Shown piece by piece: positions 25,280 to 36,700 of a stretch of 64,000 nt of DNA. The notes under the pieces were generated by a model. That model searched no databases and was not told where the DNA came from. It worked only from the letters and a program-made list of their open reading frames with translations. The translations under genes were made by a program, and so were the position numbers. Origin of the DNA: Eledone cirrhosa (taxonomy: Eukaryota); NCBI GenBank assembly GCA_964016885.1, contig OZ024740.1, forward strand, positions 191,518,001 to 191,582,000, read 5' to 3'. Numbering within the stretch: position 1 is the first letter of the stretch; each line of letters starts with the position of its first letter.

Positions 25280-25481
25280 CATATATGCGACTATAACGTC
25301 AAGATGGGAAAAGTAGTTAACGAAAGATTTAGGAAAAATAACTCAAACTCATCTCAAAAGAGAATCAGGATATAAATTCATCCACAGAATTTAGTAAAAT
25401 CCAGGGAAAATCTATAGACCTTTAACTCATGATAAAATAAAGTTTGAAACACTTATCCTTCAATTTGGAATAACATCAAAT

Positions 25482-25563
25482 GCTCTGTATAGTCTTAAAA
25501 TACTATTTCATGAAAACTTTCAGTAGAGATGGTCACGGTTGGAATTTCAATCATCAGCAGAGC
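25482..25563 (-). ncRNA. Mirror-image hammerhead in the left arm
   Basis: Reverse complement of 25673-25754, with one stem III mismatch and two changes in the stem II region. Confidence 0.8.
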
Positions 25564-25672
25564 TCAACAGAAAACCAGGGCTCTCACAGTAATATAATCC
25601 GAAAAAGGGAATTCTAAAACTGAATTCCCTTTTTCGGATTATATTACTGTGAGAGCCCTGGTTTTCTGTTGA

Positions 25673-25754
25673 GCTCTGCTGATGATTGAAATTCCAACCG
25701 TGACCATCTCCACTGAAGGTTTTCATGAAATAGTCTTTTAAGACTATACAGAGC
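25673..25754 (+). ncRNA. Type I hammerhead ribozyme
   Basis: gctctg-CTGATGA-t-tgaaa...tttca-t-GAAA-tagtctt-tt-aagacta-TA^cagagc. 6-bp stem I, long stem III, AUA triplet at 25746-25748. Confidence 0.88.
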
Positions 25755-26005
25755 ATTTGATGTCATTCCAAATTGAAGGATAAGTGTTTCAAACTTTATT
25801 TCATCATGAGTTAAAGGTCTATAGATTTTCCCTGGATTTTACTAAATTCTGTGGATGAATTTATATCCTGATTCTCTTTTGAGATGAGTTTGAGTTATTT
25901 TTCCTAAATCTTTCGTTAACTACTTTTCCCATCTTGACGTTATAGTCGCATATATGTTATAGAATGCCGTTAGCTTCTTGCTAAAACAATCTCTATACCT
26001 CTCAT

Positions 26006-26038
<33 letters not shown>

Positions 26039-26114
26039 TATATATATATATACACATATATGCATATATATACATATATGTATATATATATGTATATATA
26101 CATACCTATATATG

Positions 26115-26522
26115 GTGGCTGCCAACTCGTTTTCGAGTACGGCCACTACTTTATATCCATGTAGGAGAATCTCTACCGATGCGCTGAACGAGTGTGACTT
26201 TTTATTCACACCAGCGACTTGAAAACTCCGGTAAATACACTACACCTGTGACAATTATTGACACTTAGTGCTGGGCCCATGGTATCATGTGACGACAAGT
26301 GCAGGGAGATCTCCAGATATAAAGCAATGCCTGTGCCGTGAAGCTTTTATAGTGAGCAAAGGCACTGCACAAAGCCAGTCCCACTCTCTTAACCAAGATG
26401 ATATTTACCAAAAAGAAGAACAAGTCAACATCATTGGATACCATCAGAGTTTCAGGTGTTATATCAGAGTTTTCCTTCTCCTAGAATTCTGCCTTGACAA
26501 AGGCTAAGGGGTCATCTCTCCC
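26115..26522 (-). mobile_element. RTE-related 5'UTR or non-autonomous fragment
   Basis: Minus-strand CCCCTTAGCCTTTGTCAAGGCAGAATTCTAGGAGAAGGAAAACTCTG matches 47085-47131 (+) and the CTAGGAGAAGGAAAACTCTG motif in the RTE 5' region at ~42022-42041. Confidence 0.55.
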
Positions 26523-26633
26523 ATATACATACATATATACATACATACACATATGCATACATATATACATACATACATATATGCATACATATATACATAC
26601 ATGCACACATACATACATACATACATACATACA

Positions 26634-26669
<36 letters not shown>

Positions 26670-27237
26670 TACATACATACATATATACATACATACACAT
26701 ATACATACATACATATATACATATATATTTATACATACATATATACATACATACATACATATATACATACATATATACATACATACATACATACATAGAT
26801 ACATACATACATACACATATACATACATACATATATACATAGATACACACATATATACATACATATACATATACATACATATACATATACATACATATAC
26901 ACATACATACACACATATATACATACACACATACATACATATACACATACATACATATATATATACATACATATATACATACATATACATATACATACAT
27001 ATACACATACATACACATATACATACATGTATACATACTTACATATACACATACATACATATATACATACATACATACATACATACATACATACACACAT
27101 ATATACATACCCATATATATAAACATACATACATATATACACACATATATATAAACACACACACATATACATATAAACACACACATATATATAAACACAC
27201 ACATATATATATATATATATTTATATACATATGTATA

Positions 27238-27299
<62 letters not shown>

Positions 27300-27311
27300 T
27301 ACATGCATATA

Positions 27312-27403
<92 letters not shown>

Positions 27404-27427
27404 TACATGCATATATATATATATATA
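26523..27427. repeat. Complex (ATAC)n/(AT)n microsatellite array
   Basis: Directly visible; source of the spurious YI/HT ORFs. Confidence 0.97.
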
Positions 27428-27829
27428 TAGAAAGGATGAATATAAAATGAAAGTGCTCTTTTTAAAACGGAATTTATTAGGTATTGACATATGTTTCTGT
27501 AACAGACCGAATACCTATGTATCGCTGCTTGCGTAATCATATAATTTATCCAAAATCTCTGAAGAAGTGACAACTGATTATACATTTGCTATCGAATACT
27601 TGCTAACATTATATGATTACGCAAGCAGCGATACATAGGTATTCCGTCTGTTACAGAAACATATGTCAATACCTAATAAATTCCTTTTTAAAAAAAGCAC
27701 TTTCATTTTATATTCATCCTTTCTACATTTTCTCCGGAATATAATTCATACTCGTTGAGCAAACCTGCACGTACGCTGTTCATCTCTAACGTAACGATAT
27801 ATTATCACTACATTATTCATAACCTGAAA

Positions 27830-27833
<4 letters not shown>
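27428..27833. mobile_element. Palindromic mini-element (~118-bp arms, ~60-bp spacer, 3' tail) with a hammerhead-like fold
   Basis: 27428-27545 is inverted at 27608-27725. taggtatt-ccgtc-tgttaca-GAAAC-atat-GTC-aataccta at 27636-27675. Confidence 0.8.
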
Positions 27834-27871
<38 letters not shown>

Positions 27872-27952
27872 GTTATTCCGGGTTGAATCGGAGGTAACCT
27901 CAGTAAGTATGATACTCAATACATTGCACATTATATAAGTTTTAATATAGAT

Positions 27953-28005
27953 GAGATTTTACAGGACTAGAACTGTTTCATTCTTTAGAAATCATCAGGA
28001 ATCTC
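27953..28005 (-). ncRNA. Mirror-image hammerhead
   Basis: gagattc-CTGATGA-tttctaaagaat-GAAA-cag-ttctagtc-ctg-TA^aaatctc. Confidence 0.82.
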
Positions 28006-28006
28006 T

Positions 28007-28059
28007 GAGATTCCTGATGATTTCTAAAGAATGAAACATTTCTAGTCCTGTAGAATCTC
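28007..28059 (+). ncRNA. Type I hammerhead ribozyme
   Basis: gagattc-CTGATGA-t-ttc-taaa-gaa-t-GAAA-ca-tttctagtcc-tg-TA^gaatctc. Perfect 7-bp stem I, GUA triplet at 28050-28052. Confidence 0.88.
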
Positions 28060-28075
28060 ACCTATTTTAAAACTA

Positions 28076-28100
28076 TATATATATATAGAGAGAGAGAGAA

Positions 28101-28179
<79 letters not shown>

Positions 28180-28187
28180 GAGGAGAG
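28076..28187. repeat. (TA)n-(GA)n microsatellite
   Basis: Directly visible. Confidence 0.97.
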
Positions 28188-28644
28188 ATGCTCTGACAAT
28201 AATAACTCCCTGGTATATTTTGTTCTTGTCCCTGTCTACACAATTCCTTTTATATTCATCATCTTTAGTTCTTTTTTGCAGGTAACATTCAAATTATCCT
28301 TATTAGCGCACGTACTCGGACAGAACGTTTGGCCTTACATCACCTGTCTTAATTCATTAGTATGTGTAGTCTGTACGATGTCAGAATTGTTTGTGCGGTT
28401 TTGGTAGTTATGTTGGCATTCATGGCCATAAAATCTCCTCCGACAAAATATTGGAAAATGTCACATATTTCTGTCGTGGTGAATAATCCACGACAGAGAT
28501 ATGTTTTACTTATGTATAGATAAACGAGTGAATAATGTTATGTTATAATCGTGTGGCAAATCAATACGAAACCAATATGATATGATACCTATTATTAACT
28601 CTTTTAATTGTTTTAGATAATTCCAGGTGCATGTTTATCAATCA

Positions 28645-29960
28645 CTAGCTGGCTCGTCAGGCTGGCGCCCGGCTGCCATTGGCGTGTTCTACGGCATCCA
28701 GATATATAGCTGACGTACCTAGCTTCGCTGGGATAAACAGACGCCCTTATAGTATATGTATGTATGTCTGCATGTCTGCATTACACATTATGACAAACCT
28801 TGATGACGTATTATGTTCGCTATTTTCCGTCCATTGCCAGATAACGCCTTCACAAACCAAAGTATCGTCTTCCTGTTTTCCATCGGTTGCAACGTTTTTC
28901 GAAATCTTTACTTCTCCGTTCACAGATTGAATTTTTTGGTTTCAGAAGATCGTGTTAAGGGTGAATCCAGCGATTCTTTGGTTAAAATTTAATCTGTTAT
29001 TTTAATATATAATATAAGCGAGGCAAGCCAGCACAGTTGCCAGTTCTTGCCAATAAACATTTACACTTTGTGTGCCATTCATCTAACTGTGGACCAACAA
29101 ATACCAACTAAACGGAGGGTTGACAACAACGATAGTGAATTAATCTTCGAGGTAAGCAGTTTCTTCCCGAGCTGTTGGTTCACGCGGAATTCTCTACTAC
29201 ACCTTTTCGTAATAATACCGAACAACGTACTGCTGGTCACTGTTTCCTCCAAAAGCCGTACAAAGCGGACATGTTCATCGGGCAGATGGATCGGGTGCAA
29301 ATCTATACCAGGCCAACGCGAGAAATTCGCAAAGGACTGCACCGAGAGGGATAGGGAGAAAGAGTAACGTATTGACAAGAGTGCGAATTAACTTTTGAGG
29401 TAAGTAGCCTACGCCTTACTGCTATTGCACTGGAACCTTCTGCCAACTTAACCTGTGACTTTCTCTTTCACATCTACTCCAATATGCCAAAGCAGAGGAG
29501 TATGAACAGAAGGGGCTCAACAATATTTCTATGAACAATGCACGTAGACAGCTAAACTGTACTTTCAACTTTTTAATTTTCTCCAAATAAAACAAGTTTC
29601 CTGTCGGTATATTTTCGTTAGTTTTAACAGGCACTCACAAATGATACGTGCTATTACGAATGTTCTTACCCGTGCAACGCCGGGATACACTGCTAGTTAT
29701 ATATAAACTGCAAAATATATGAATGTTTATTTTAGCGATCGCTAACCGGATGTGTTGACATTTGAAAATGTTAAAGAAGTGAATCTTAAGATAAACAAAA
29801 TATATTTAATCAATAATAACGAAATCTAGTAGACAAAAATACCCCCACCTTCTTCCTTGGAAAAAGGTTTCAAGTATGGTGCAAATTTGGGGCTGTTTGG
29901 TCCAGCCGTTTTGCTAAAAGTGTGTTACATACATACGGCCGTCAGCTTTATTAATATAGA
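28645..29960 (-). mobile_element. Cluster of non-autonomous Helitron-like remnants
   Basis: Minus-strand 5' end TCTATATTAATAAAGCTG at 29960. Minus-strand hairpin+CTAG-like ends near 28645 and 28705. Plus-strand end CCCGTGCAACGCCGGGATACACTGCTAG|T at 29669-29696. Confidence 0.65.
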
Positions 29961-31066
29961 TACTGATAATCACTGACGATTGAGGCTTTTGACCTGGGAC
30001 CATCCTATTTTTATTTTTGTTTGTTTTAAGGCATATGATTTGGGCGATGTTTTAATGCTGACATGTCCCGGTTTAGCCACCAAAGTGGATCTTTTGTTAT
30101 GTTGGTAGATGACAGAGCACCAAACTTCTTGCAATTCTATAGATTAATATTTTCAATTCATATTCTGCTTTTGTTGACTTTCGTTTCCATCGTTTCTCAG
30201 ACAATGGAATACACACGTATTTCAGCATTAAATCTGAGTCATTAGAATACAGCTCTATCCTGCAGGAGTTGGCTTTCAGCCTAGGTAGATGTATGGTGTA
30301 ATATTTTTAAAATAATCCACATCATATTACAATATTTGCACACTGCTTCATATATTAGATTCAGTTTCATGTAGATGAATTTTCTCTTTTTGCCTGAATA
30401 GAAGGAACCAATTTACAATTAAGTTAATTATTTCTATTTTTCATTTATTTGGAATGTCAATAACCATTCGTAACATATTTTTCTTTTTTATATAATTTAT
30501 TTGGTGAACTATGAAGAAAGTAAATATACTTATTCGAACGGTAAAACATCACTTGATTTAACTTGATTTATTGATATAACTTCACACAAATAGCCAGCTG
30601 GTGTTATTTCAATTAGTCGATTCCAGTTTTTCTTTCATATAAATTAATATTAACTAAACATTCTCCTACCCCTATTCCTCTATTCAGAAACATTTGACAA
30701 TTTATGTATTCACAATTTCACATAACCTAGAATTGTTATTATGAAACATTACTAAACCCCGATTATATCTCTCCAAACAAAGATAGGATTTCCACCTTAA
30801 TTATAACTGTATTTGTGACATTAATTCTAAATTTTTTGAAATTATTATCAACCATCTTTCATAGTTCCAAACTGCTCTCACTAGGTTTACTTTCTTTTCC
30901 TACCAGATAATTCCAATTATATACTACTTTATTTCGAACATCACGCCTCTAATTATTTGTCTAAATTTCTATCATCGATTCAAGTGAGTTATGTATAGAA
31001 TCAAACATGTTTTAACTGTGAAAAATGCGAAACAAATTATATTATTCTTTCTGTTTTATATGAAAA

Positions 31067-31247
31067 AATAATTGTTTCTAGTGTTGGCACAAGGCCAGCA
31101 ATTATCCCAGTGTATTACTGGTACTTTAATTTATCGACGCCGTAAGAGTGAAAGGTAAAGTAAACTTCAGCGGGATTTGAACTCAGATCATAAAGGGCCG
31201 TAACTCTTTGCTGCAAAGTATGGCGTCCGACCCTCTACCGATACTGG
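31067..31247 (-). mobile_element. tRNA-derived SINE
   Basis: Reverse complement of the 15051-15250 family. Confidence 0.88.
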
Positions 31248-31448
31248 AAAAATAGTGCTTAATTGATGGATTAGTTTAGTAGATAACTCTATGCTTCATA
31301 CTTGTTATATGAATGAAAACAATGAGTAGCTATCCACGTATCAACAAACGTATGTCAAATATATTTCTATGAACAGGCAAACAAGAGTCGGTAGGCATTT
31401 GTGGGGAAGAAAAATAACCCTGATATAAATCGTTATACTCGTTTGTGA

Positions 31449-31620
31449 AATAATTGTTTCTACGTATGGCACAACATTATCCAATACATTACTGATACTT
31501 TATTTTATCGACCCAGTAAGGATGAAAGGCAAAGTTAACCTCGGCGGGATTTGAACTCAGATCGTAAAGGGACGTAACTACGCTGGAAAGCATGTCTGAC
31601 CCTCTACCAATAGTGCCAAT
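31449..31620 (-). mobile_element. tRNA-derived SINE
   Basis: TTTTATCGACCCAGTAAGGATGAAAGGCAAAG..GGCGGGATTTGAACTC. Confidence 0.88.
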
Positions 31621-31629
31621 TCTGTGAAA

Positions 31630-31816
31630 TAGTTGTTTCTAGCTTTAGGCACTAGGCCCACAATTACCCAGTGCATTATTTGTACTTTCTTTTATCGACC
31701 CAGTAAGGATGAAAGGCAAAGTAAACCTGGGCGGGATTTGAACTCAGGCAAGGGTCGTAACTCTATGCGTCAAAGCATGGCGTCCGACCCTCTACAGATA
31801 CTGCCAATCCACCGCC
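31630..31816 (-). mobile_element. tRNA-derived SINE (tandem with the previous copy)
   Basis: Same diagnostic body and B box. Confidence 0.88.
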
Positions 31817-32874
31817 ATTATGTTAAATAATGATATACAGTATAATACCTCTTATTAATACGGTGTTTCTAAACAATTTGAATTATTAAGTTTCTGCTGA
31901 AAATAATTATTTCCACACGTCACCTCTTAAAATATATCAGTAGCTTTTTTTGTGGAAAGAAAAGCTAATTATTAATTACTGGCAATGTGCATCATAAACT
32001 TATGTCATGTTATCCTTACTTGTCGTTTACATAACATCTACTAAAATGCTATGAATTTCGAGAGCAAAAGCGAGTCTACGTAATTTGTAATCTATTTAAT
32101 AAGATAATCTTAGAAACAATGTCAAACGAATTGGTCCAACTCGTAAAACTCTCCGTGTTCTAAGAAAAAATACTAACCGTGCGTATCCTGAGACATACAT
32201 ATTTGCATTATGAGGCGAAATATATAAAACTGAGCGATTCGGTTTAGCAGCAATGGCCAGCATAGTGCCTCTAGTTAACTAAAATTTCTCTTTTATTAGC
32301 TGTGCAATTACACGTTAAATAAGACACATTTCATCTCCCATATAATATGACACAATCATTTTTCAAGTGCAATCTGGGTTTTGGTATACGTCCAGGTCCC
32401 TTTGTTAATAGCTATTGTCTTTTTCGGTGAGTATATCTTACATAAGTAGTGACGCCATTTCCAGAAATGCTTCAGTTTATTATAGTAAATGGTAAATTTG
32501 ACTGAGATAAGAATTAACCATATTATGTGACACATATTACGCACTATTTGTAACTTCGCCATACCTACACACCAAAGTAGAATGTATGCCACCTAAAAAT
32601 ACGTCAAGTTTCAAATGCTTCCACACTGAATACGCCAATGTTATTTATTGTCGATCATATATTTGCTGATTGATATCGTCACAGTTAGGAATCAATATAT
32701 TTACAGCTGTTCAACTTTGATTTTCATCTTAAATGTGGTTAATACTATAAGTATGTATGTAAAAGGTAAACAGAAAAAATAGCACAATCTGTAAAGTTTA
32801 TGGAATACATATATATATAGAGAGAGGACAATGGGATTGATGAGTTAATATCTGTATACAACAACTACAACGGT

Positions 32875-33750
32875 ACGTGATGGGGCCCACCGTCAGCCCC
32901 GGCGGACAGAATGGAGAAGGCGTTGCCCCGGAGCGGGCGGCAAGGGAGCCGCCGCGCTGGAAAAGCCACTCGAACCCGCGGGGCTCACACCTGCGGCTGG
33001 CCAGCTCAGCGCCTATGGGGTGAGTAAGGAGGTAGCCATGGGGCCGAGGACACCAGAAGTCTTCACTGCCAGGGGTACGACCGCAAACCTGTCGGAGAGC
33101 GACCGATATTTGAAGAGTTTGGCCACCTGAGCCCGACGTGCAGCAGAACCTGGGTCAGTCGCAGACTGCACCATGTTGCGGCTGCATAAAGTGTCGGTGT
33201 ATGTGGAATCCCAGCCGAGGGGCTTGTCACCGCGGAACGGGAAGATGGTCATGCCATCTGTCCGTTTGGCGTCCCCTCGATCTAGCCCCACCGACTCGAG
33301 TTGGGAAGGGAAGCCTGCAGCGTCCAAGCCATGTTTAATGACCTCGTTTAGGGCAGCATGGCGTGGAATGCGGCCGGCCCTGTGGCGACAGGAAAGCGGG
33401 TGGAGGCTGAAAGAGTCCACAGTGGAACCGCAACGACATTGGTGTGGCTGGCAGATCTGGAGGCCGAGACTGAGGTAAACGCCGATTCCCAGGCTATGGT
33501 TGTCTAGCTGCGTGCCAGTGGAGAAGGAGGGCAGGGCATGGAGCCGGTCACCATCGTGGGGTTTGGAGGCCGCTAGAAAACAAGCTAGGCGGTGCCGGTC
33601 GAGCTGGCGCGTGAGCCTGTCTGAGGCCAAGCTGCACTGGATGGCATCCCAAGTGCGTTTGGGGGACTTGACGTCAACAGGGGGAGAAGGAGGAGGGACG
33701 TCTACTGGGCTAAGTCCCAGCCGGTCCCACGTCTCACAGGCGGCTTCACG
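32875..33750 (-). mobile_element. 5'-truncated CRE-clade non-LTR retrotransposon (Zn finger + RLE)
   Basis: LHALPS...GT.LD, CRCG...HPLSC...GRIPRHAALN, KRTDG.T..P...G..L.WDST, KYR.L, VPLAVKTSG.LG. GC-rich island. Confidence 0.85.
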
Positions 33751-36700
33751 TTCTCTATATAAGTGTGAAACAAATCAGGGGCTGATACGATCGACATCTG
33801 CCTCCGTAAATAATTGTTTCAAAGTTAGAAATCAGCATGCTAACAAGCGTGACACGTCCTGTCTCTTCATTAAGAAAACGCCTTTAGTAGACACGTTGTA
33901 CAAGAAACCCATCAATGTAATGTTTCAACTATTTGCTTTTAATTATTGCTAATTGAGTGATACCATTAACAGAACTGTATATAATATGTTCTTTTTATTT
34001 TTCAGATAAAAGTGATATATTGATTTTAAAATATTTATCAAAGAAACATTTTCTATTTGCTTTACAACATTAAAAAATACAATATGAATACTAATAGGCC
34101 TACGTTTCATACATTACGATTAACAGTCTTCACTTTATTCGGTGTACTAAACAGAAACAGTGCAATCGTCTGTACAGATGTAGGCACTGAATAGTCCTAT
34201 TTTATAAGAATCCGAAACAAAAAAAGTAAAGAGTTAATGATTTCCCTCGGCAAATAATACTTGGGATAAATGATTATTTACATGTGGAGTCAGAATTCTG
34301 AAACTTTTGATTGGAAGGCGTATTTCTTATTGAAGCAATATGAGAGAGAGGGGACATATATTATGTGTATATATGTGTATACGTGCGTATATTTGTGTGC
34401 GTAACATTTCAAGAGATACAGATGCTGCTATGTCTAAATATAGAAAAACACGTGGCATATTACTGTGGTTGATAGAAAAAGCCTATTTTATTTGAAACGT
34501 GAGTTAGCATGGATGTGATACGTTACAGCAGGACTTATGAGTAATACGCGATAAATATCTCTGAAATCAAATGCTAACATTGAAAAGAGTCACACAGAAT
34601 GTGGTTATTTGCTCCGTCAGGAAATAAAATGTAACAAGGTAACCTGTGTTTAGGTTATATAATAAGATAGGGAAAATCGTAACCGGAACGCTTGGATTAA
34701 AAAAAAATAGAAAGAGATAGATATACTGAAGGATCCTCTATTGACTTACTGCATGTGTTTAAAAAACTCAAATGTTGCTCAAATAAAACCCCTTCGTCTT
34801 AAATAAGATAGATCCTATTGCATAATGTACTTCTAAACAGCTAAAAATCAATAGGGTCAGTAATATTAGAACAAGTGTTAAATAAGTAAAAAAAAAACGA
34901 ACTAACTGTTATCATATATATACCTCCAAACATGGGCTAAGGGAGAAATTCATAGGAATGAATCACATGAACGTAGATCATTTTCTAAGCTGGCAGATGG
35001 AGTATTTTCTAAATCTGGGTAGGGGAGCCGTTCTATTGTGAGCATTTGTAGGTATGTTTACTGTGTGTTTAAGGCGTAAATGATCGTCAGGGATAATAAA
35101 GCCTTGCATTTGGAGCGAATGCGAGGGCTTTTCTGTTCACCGTTGTTCACGATTAAACATGGTGCAATTAAGTTATGATTTAGTTCCATGCATATAGAAT
35201 CAACAGGTCAAATGAACCATAAAATGCGAAATGAATCATATCCTCCATTGATTTGCTTTCAGTCATTCGAATGGCCTACAGTCATAGCGGGAAAGGTGTT
35301 AAAGAGATTTGGCGATCATATCCATGACGTTTCAATGTATTACATATTATTGAACAGTAATTGACGATTTATTACATTACAGGACAAAGGTAAAGAAACG
35401 CACACTGAATATTATCGTTCAGATCTTAAAACTGAAATGACTAATTTAAGAATTATCCATTTAATATTCTATCTATTAATGTATTTTCCTTTTCGATCAG
35501 TTAAATTATGTTGTTGTAATTGTAGGGTCCCAACCATGCATTTTATATGTTTCATGTTTTATCCGAGGGTATTTCTAGAATAATTCGTCTTGTGAGCACA
35601 TGATAAATATTATCAATTGCTATATTACTGTAAAGTCAATGCAGTATCCACGTACGTCCTCTTTCAAGATTAAATATTATGGACAGGATTTCATAAGCTA
35701 ATGGAGTCGGAGCAACATTACAACACACATCAAAAAATAGAAGGCATTCTTACAAGGATGGTACATAAAGTAAGGACTGGTAACATAATCGTTATCATAT
35801 TAGTTAAATTTTCTTTGTGTTCTTAAGCTTTCATACTATAGCGTGTATATTCTTTGTAACTAAACTTGTCACTTTGCAATATGTTATGGCTGTAACTATT
35901 TTCAATGATAAATTTCATTATATTTCCTAGTCGATCTTTGCAAATTACAAAAAGGAAAGACATTGTGATCTATGCCATTGTCTTTACAGCAATGTAAAGA
36001 GGGGAAAGACATAACAATAAACATTTAACAATGCAAATATAGTGCATGCATATATTGTCCCTTAACTCATGTTGGAATCATAAGGGCATCGTATAGATAT
36101 ACATCGTTTCTAGGGCATTTTCTTTTAACCGGGTGGAGCTCATCTCCTCTTCAGGTCGCAAATATAGTGCAAATAAGATTTATTTCATATTTATCTTTTA
36201 TCTTCAACAGAAGACTTTGACATGAGCAATAAACTCTTTAGAACAATGAAACATCTTTGTACTTATACAGAGGAACGAATTATAGCAAACATATGTGTGC
36301 AGAAAATAAGAACATGGTTGGCGATAGCCTCTAGTTACGAACGTCTAAAATTGTAATACTATATTATTAATGAACCAAGTAAAATTTCCAAAGCGATATG
36401 CTGCCTTTTCATGTGACTTCATGTTTCTTCCACTTCACTTAACGTTTTGTAATATCACATCATGTCCTCTGCTGCTTATGTAAGCGTAAATAAGTTATTT
36501 TAATCAACCTTAAGTAGATGATGATATTTTTACGATTTCATTCCACGTTCATTATTTCTGTCCTTCCACCACCTTACGTTAGGTTTTAATAGCTTTTCCA
36601 TTAATGGATAACAGTAAATCTTAACTGACATAAAGAATATTATACATAAATATGTTTAATTATCATACAGATTGAAAGCAGAACATTACGAAATAGAACG

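Larger units (their letters stand above)
25275..26007. mobile_element. Palindromic hammerhead-bearing mini-element (~340-bp arms, 7-nt loop, ~45-bp unique tail)
   Basis: 25275-25614 is the reverse complement of 25622-25961 with only a few differences. Flanked by (TA)n. Confidence 0.92.
27871..28075. mobile_element. Palindromic mini-element made almost entirely of two back-to-back hammerheads
   Basis: Arms ~27937-28005 and 28007-28075, centre 28006, unique tail 27871-27936. Flanked by (TA)n. Confidence 0.9.

Noticed and set aside
25430-25810. A/G differences between palindrome arms as an ADAR editing footprint
   Set aside because: Only about four substitutions of mixed type, too few to distinguish from ordinary mutation.
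26481-27585. Long ORFs (up to 357 aa) rich in YI/HT/CMYV
   Set aside because: They are translations of (AT)n/(ATAC)n microsatellites. The same applies at 21.3, 24.8, 46.4, 48.1, 50.8 and 52.1 kb.
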